This document shows positions 61,015 through 64,000 of a stretch of 64,000 nucleotides of DNA, piece by piece; within the stretch, counting starts at the first letter, position 1; every line of letters starts with the position of its first letter. The DNA comes from Abditibacterium sp. (GTDB taxonomy: Bacteria > Armatimonadota > Abditibacteriia > Abditibacteriales > Abditibacteriaceae): the NCBI GenBank assembly GCA_965199495.1, contig CBDASK010000003.1, forward strand, positions 4,480,001-4,544,000, given 5' to 3'. The position numbers were made by a program, and so were the translations under genes. The notes below the pieces were generated by a model, which made no database searches, was not told where the DNA came from, and saw only the letters and a program-made list of their open reading frames with translations.

Positions 61015-61076
61015 GTTGATGCGATATAAAATCGCAGCCAACGACTACGTTGGCTGCGATTTTATATCGCATCAAC
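61015..61076. repeat. Palindromic element, family D
   Basis: gttgatgcgatataaaatcgcagccaacg-acta-cgttggctgcgattttatatcgcatcaac. Confidence 0.85.
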
Positions 61077-61125
61077 ACGAAGAAGCGCAACCAAACCCCG
61101 CAGTTTTGCGTTGGAAACTCCCGCT

Positions 61126-61488
61126 ATGGCTTTACTTCCCTCCAAAACTATCGAATCGTTCCCCAATCCGCACCCGAACAACGATTACACCATTCAATTT
61201 TCGACGCAAGAATTTACCACGCTGTGCCCGATGACGAGCCAACCCGACTTCGCCACGATTTCTGTGGAATATTCGCCCGGCCCGCGCTGTCTCGAATCGA
61301 AAAGCATTAAACAGTATTTGTGGAGCTTTCGTGACGAAGGCAATTTTCACGAGGACGTGACCAACATTATTCTCAACGCGATGGTTGCCGCGTGCGAGCC
61401 GAAATGGATGACGGTGACCGGACATTTCAACGCGCGTGGCGGCATTGACTTCGTGATTACGGCCAAGTATGTGTCGGATAGTGCGTAA
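61126..61488 (+). CDS. queF: preQ1 synthase (type I QueF)
   Basis: EFTTLCP.T.QPDFA, ESKS.K.YL.SFR, FHE, RGG. Confidence 0.95.
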   Translation: MALLPSKTIESFPNPHPNNDYTIQFSTQEFTTLCPMTSQPDFATISVEYSPGPRCLESKSIKQYLWSFRDEGNFHEDVTNIILNAMVAACEPKWMTVTGHFNARGGIDFVITAKYVSDSA

Positions 61489-61492
61489 TTAT

Positions 61493-61585
61493 TTTGTGTG
61501 ACGTGCGGGGCTTGCGCCCTCTTCCCATTTTGGTGCGAAGGAATCTCCGATTGGAAGAGGGCGCAAGGCCCGCACGTCACACAAA
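61493..61585. repeat. Palindromic element resembling family C
   Basis: tttgtgtgacgtgcggg.cttgcgccctcttcc / ggaagagggcgcaag.cccgcacgtcacacaaa. Confidence 0.8.
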
Positions 61586-61617
61586 CTCGCTTTATTCAAT
61601 TCTCAAAGTCTGCACTT

Positions 61618-62814
61618 ATGCAAAAAATTCTCAGACCGTCGCTCGATTGGTTGCTACTTTGCGTGCCCATCGCGATTGCGATGAAAATTTTGGGTTCGTC
61701 GCCGACGTGGCTGTTCATCGTGGCGTGTCTGGCGGTCGTGCCGCTCGCCGGTTGGATGGGTCGCGCGACCGAGCATCTGGCCGAAAAAGTTGGCGAGGGC
61801 ATCGGCGGTTTGCTCAACGCGACGTTTGGCAACGCCGCCGAACTGATTATCGCTTTGATAGCCCTGCAAAAAGGTTTGTCTGGCGTCGTCAAAGCCTCGA
61901 TTACCGGCTCGATTATCGGCAATATTCTGTTGGTTTTGGGTTTGTCGTTCGTCGCGGGTGGGGTCAAATTTCCCGAACAGCGATTCAACAGAACGGCGGC
62001 GCGCTCGTCGGTCACGACCTTAATTTTAGCGGCGATTGCGCTGTTGTTGCCGACGGTATTTCATCGCACGGCGGGCCAAAGTTGGACGCCGCAACTCGAA
62101 CAAAATTTATCGCTGGGCATCGCCGTCGTGTTAATCCTCACTTACGCGGCCACGCTGGTATTTTCGCTGGTCACGCACAAAAAGCTGTTCTCTGGCAGCA
62201 GCCACGCCGCGCCCGAACATTCGCCCGATGACGAATTGAAGTCGAAAATCGCCATCGAACCGACAACAACGACGGCGCATGAACTCAGCGAAAGCGAGGG
62301 GCACGGCGAAGGTTGGAGCAAGAGCAAATCCATCGGCGTTTTGGTTGTCGCCACGATTTTCGTCGCACTGATGAGCGAATTTTTGGTCGGCTCCGTCGAA
62401 GCCGCGCGCGAGACTTTGGGTTTAACCGAAGTTTTCGTCGGCGTGATTGTCGTTGCCATTATTGGCAACGCCGCCGAACATTCGACATCGGTTTTGATGG
62501 CGATGCGCAACAAACCCGATTTGAGCATCGCGATTGCGCTGGGTTCGAGCATTCAAATCGCCCTTTTTGTGGCGCCGGTTTTGGTGTTCGCGTCTTATGC
62601 GTTTGGCAAACCCTTGAATTTAGAATTTACGATTCCCGAAGTCGCGGCGGTTTTGGCTTCGGTCGGTATCGTCAGCCAAATCGCGGGCGACGGCGAAAGC
62701 AACTGGCTCGAAGGCGCGCAGTTGCTGGCGGTTTACGCGGTTTTGGGAATTTTGTTTTTCTTCTTGCCCGAAATGGCGCACGGCGCTTCCAATGCACTCG
62801 GTAAAGCGCATTAA
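61618..62814 (+). CDS. cax: Calcium/proton exchanger
   Basis: [44 protein letters not shown]. Confidence 0.93.
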   Translation: MQKILRPSLDWLLLCVPIAIAMKILGSSPTWLFIVACLAVVPLAGWMGRATEHLAEKVGEGIGGLLNATFGNAAELIIALIALQKGLSGVVKASITGSIIGNILLVLGLSFVAGGVKFPEQRFNRTAARSSVTTLILAAIALLLPTVFHRTAGQSWTPQLEQNLSLGIAVVLILTYAATLVFSLVTHKKLFSGSSHAAPEHSPDDELKSKIAIEPTTTTAHELSESEGHGEGWSKSKSIGVLVVATIFVALMSEFLVGSVEAARETLGLTEVFVGVIVVAIIGNAAEHSTSVLMAMRNKPDLSIAIALGSSIQIALFVAPVLVFASYAFGKPLNLEFTIPEVAAVLASVGIVSQIAGDGESNWLEGAQLLAVYAVLGILFFFLPEMAHGASNALGKAH

Positions 62815-62959
62815 GGCGAATGAATTCGCAGCCAGAGAAAAGTGTCGGTTTCAAGCCGACACGTTGCAAACTCTACAACGATCAACGGTTCTTCTACGTT
62901 TTGATTTCGTCGTGTCGGCTTGAAACAGACGCTTTTCTCTGGCTGCGAATTCATTCGCC
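62815..62959. repeat. Long palindromic element
   Basis: ggcgaatgaattcgcagccagagaaaag..tttcaagccgacacg and its inverse. Confidence 0.85.
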
Positions 62960-62969
62960 AATTTCATTT

Positions 62970-63611
62970 ATGTTCACTCCGCTTCCCCGCGATTTCTTCC
63001 GCCCAACTGCCGACGCTGTCGCGCCCGCGCTCCTCGGACATTTGCTGATGCGCCGCGTTGGAGACGTTTGGCTGGGCGGCGAAATCGTCGAAACCGAAGC
63101 GTATTTGGTGGACGATCCGGCGTGCCACGCGTATGTGCGCGAGACGCCGCGCAACCGCGTGATGTGGGGCGAATACGGTTTCGCGTACGTTTTTAAAATT
63201 TACGGCGGCTATCACTGCGTCAACGCGGTTTGTCGGCCCAAAGGTCGCGCCGAAGCCGTCTTAATTCGCGCCATCGAACCGCGTTTTGGCCTTGAGACAA
63301 TGCGCGAATTGCGGCCCATCAATAAAGACGTGGATTTGACCAACGGCCCCTCGAAATTATGTCTCGCGTTGGGCATCAATTCTGACGACAACGGCGCCGA
63401 TATTTGCCTACGCGAGAGCGATTTAATTTTGGCCGACAATCCTGAACGCGACGCGTTTTTGCAAACGCGCGCGCCGATGATTCAAACGACGCGAATTGGT
63501 CTCAGCAAAGGCGTGGATTGGCCGTTGCGCTGGATTTTGCGCGGCTCGAAAAGCGTGTCGCGGCGCGGCGAAGCGGCGGATTGGCCCGAAGGATTGGTGC
63601 GGGAATTGTGA
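62970..63611 (+). CDS. mpg: DNA-3-methyladenine glycosylase (AAG/MPG family)
   Basis: IVETEAY, AYVFKIYG, AVLIRAIEP, LTNGPSKLC, RIGL. Confidence 0.93.
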   Translation: MFTPLPRDFFRPTADAVAPALLGHLLMRRVGDVWLGGEIVETEAYLVDDPACHAYVRETPRNRVMWGEYGFAYVFKIYGGYHCVNAVCRPKGRAEAVLIRAIEPRFGLETMRELRPINKDVDLTNGPSKLCLALGINSDDNGADICLRESDLILADNPERDAFLQTRAPMIQTTRIGLSKGVDWPLRWILRGSKSVSRRGEAADWPEGLVREL

Positions 63612-63722
63612 GTGCGATATAAAATCGCAGCCAAGGAAGTCGTCGGCCTTCGCCGACACAAGAAAGTTCGGCTTGTCGGCGAAGGCCGACGACTTCCTTG
63701 GCTGCGATTTTATATCGCACTC
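63610..63722. repeat. Palindromic element, family D (long form)
   Basis: Outer arms tgcgatataaaatcgcagccaa identical to 61015 copy, with longer inner stem. Confidence 0.85.
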
Positions 63723-63724
63723 CA

Positions 63725-64000
63725 TCAAAAGCTGCCGCCCGATAGCGTGCCGAAGACCAGCAAAATCAAAAACAGAACCGCCATTGTTATCCCAAACATG
63801 ATGCGCCCATTGGCGCGTCCGGTCGCGCTCAAAACTTTGGAGACGCCCCACAGCAAACCACCGACTGCACCGACGATGCCCCACATGACGGGCGCATTAT
63901 CGAGCGCGAGTTTGCCAAATTGCCCCGGCAGCAGACGAGCCAACGGATAAAAGAACCAATCGCCCAGACTCCACAGCGTCCAGTGCAGCAGTTGCGCGCC
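63725..64000 (-). CDS. C-terminal part of a membrane protein, partial
   Basis: Frame open from window end; hydrophobic segments. Confidence 0.6.
   Translation of the reverse strand, partial: GAQLLHWTLWSLGDWFFYPLARLLPGQFGKLALDNAPVMWGIVGAVGGLLWGVSKVLSATGRANGRIMFGITMAVLFLILLVFGTLSGGSF

Noticed and set aside
61077..61125. preQ1 riboswitch upstream of queF
   Set aside because: No preQ1 stem-loop with A-rich tail is visible; the space is mostly a palindromic repeat
6876..63722. CRISPR array or integron attC array from the repeated palindromes
   Set aside because: Repeats are dispersed, not regularly spaced; no cas or integrase gene in the window

Overview
Bacterial chromosomal window, moderately GC-rich. 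The gene styles (substrate-binding/permease fusion, DUF6785-type membrane protein, many secreted glycoside hydrolases) suggest Armatimonadota/Abditibacteriota; this is inference only. Family names come from motif recognition, not database searches. Contents: sugar ABC genes, alpha-mannan-type CAZymes (GH76, GH125, GH92, two GH2), lysS with a KTSC tail, rpsB-tsf, queF, cax, mpg, peptidases, two tRNA-Gly genes, a Doc toxin locus and an McrBC-like pair. Best leads: (1) a DUF5343-DUF3800 cassette after tsf, with a separately promoted structured RNA facing it and a perfect 10-bp duplication breaking DUF3800; (2) a second tRNA-Gly with GlyRS identity intact but translation determinants altered; (3) a strongly over-represented, non-polarised GCAGCCAC(G) motif; (4) one Doc toxin preceded by three antitoxin paralogs; (5) three tandem secreted paralogs with conserved ends; (6) many families of long intergenic palindromes (REP/REPIN-like).
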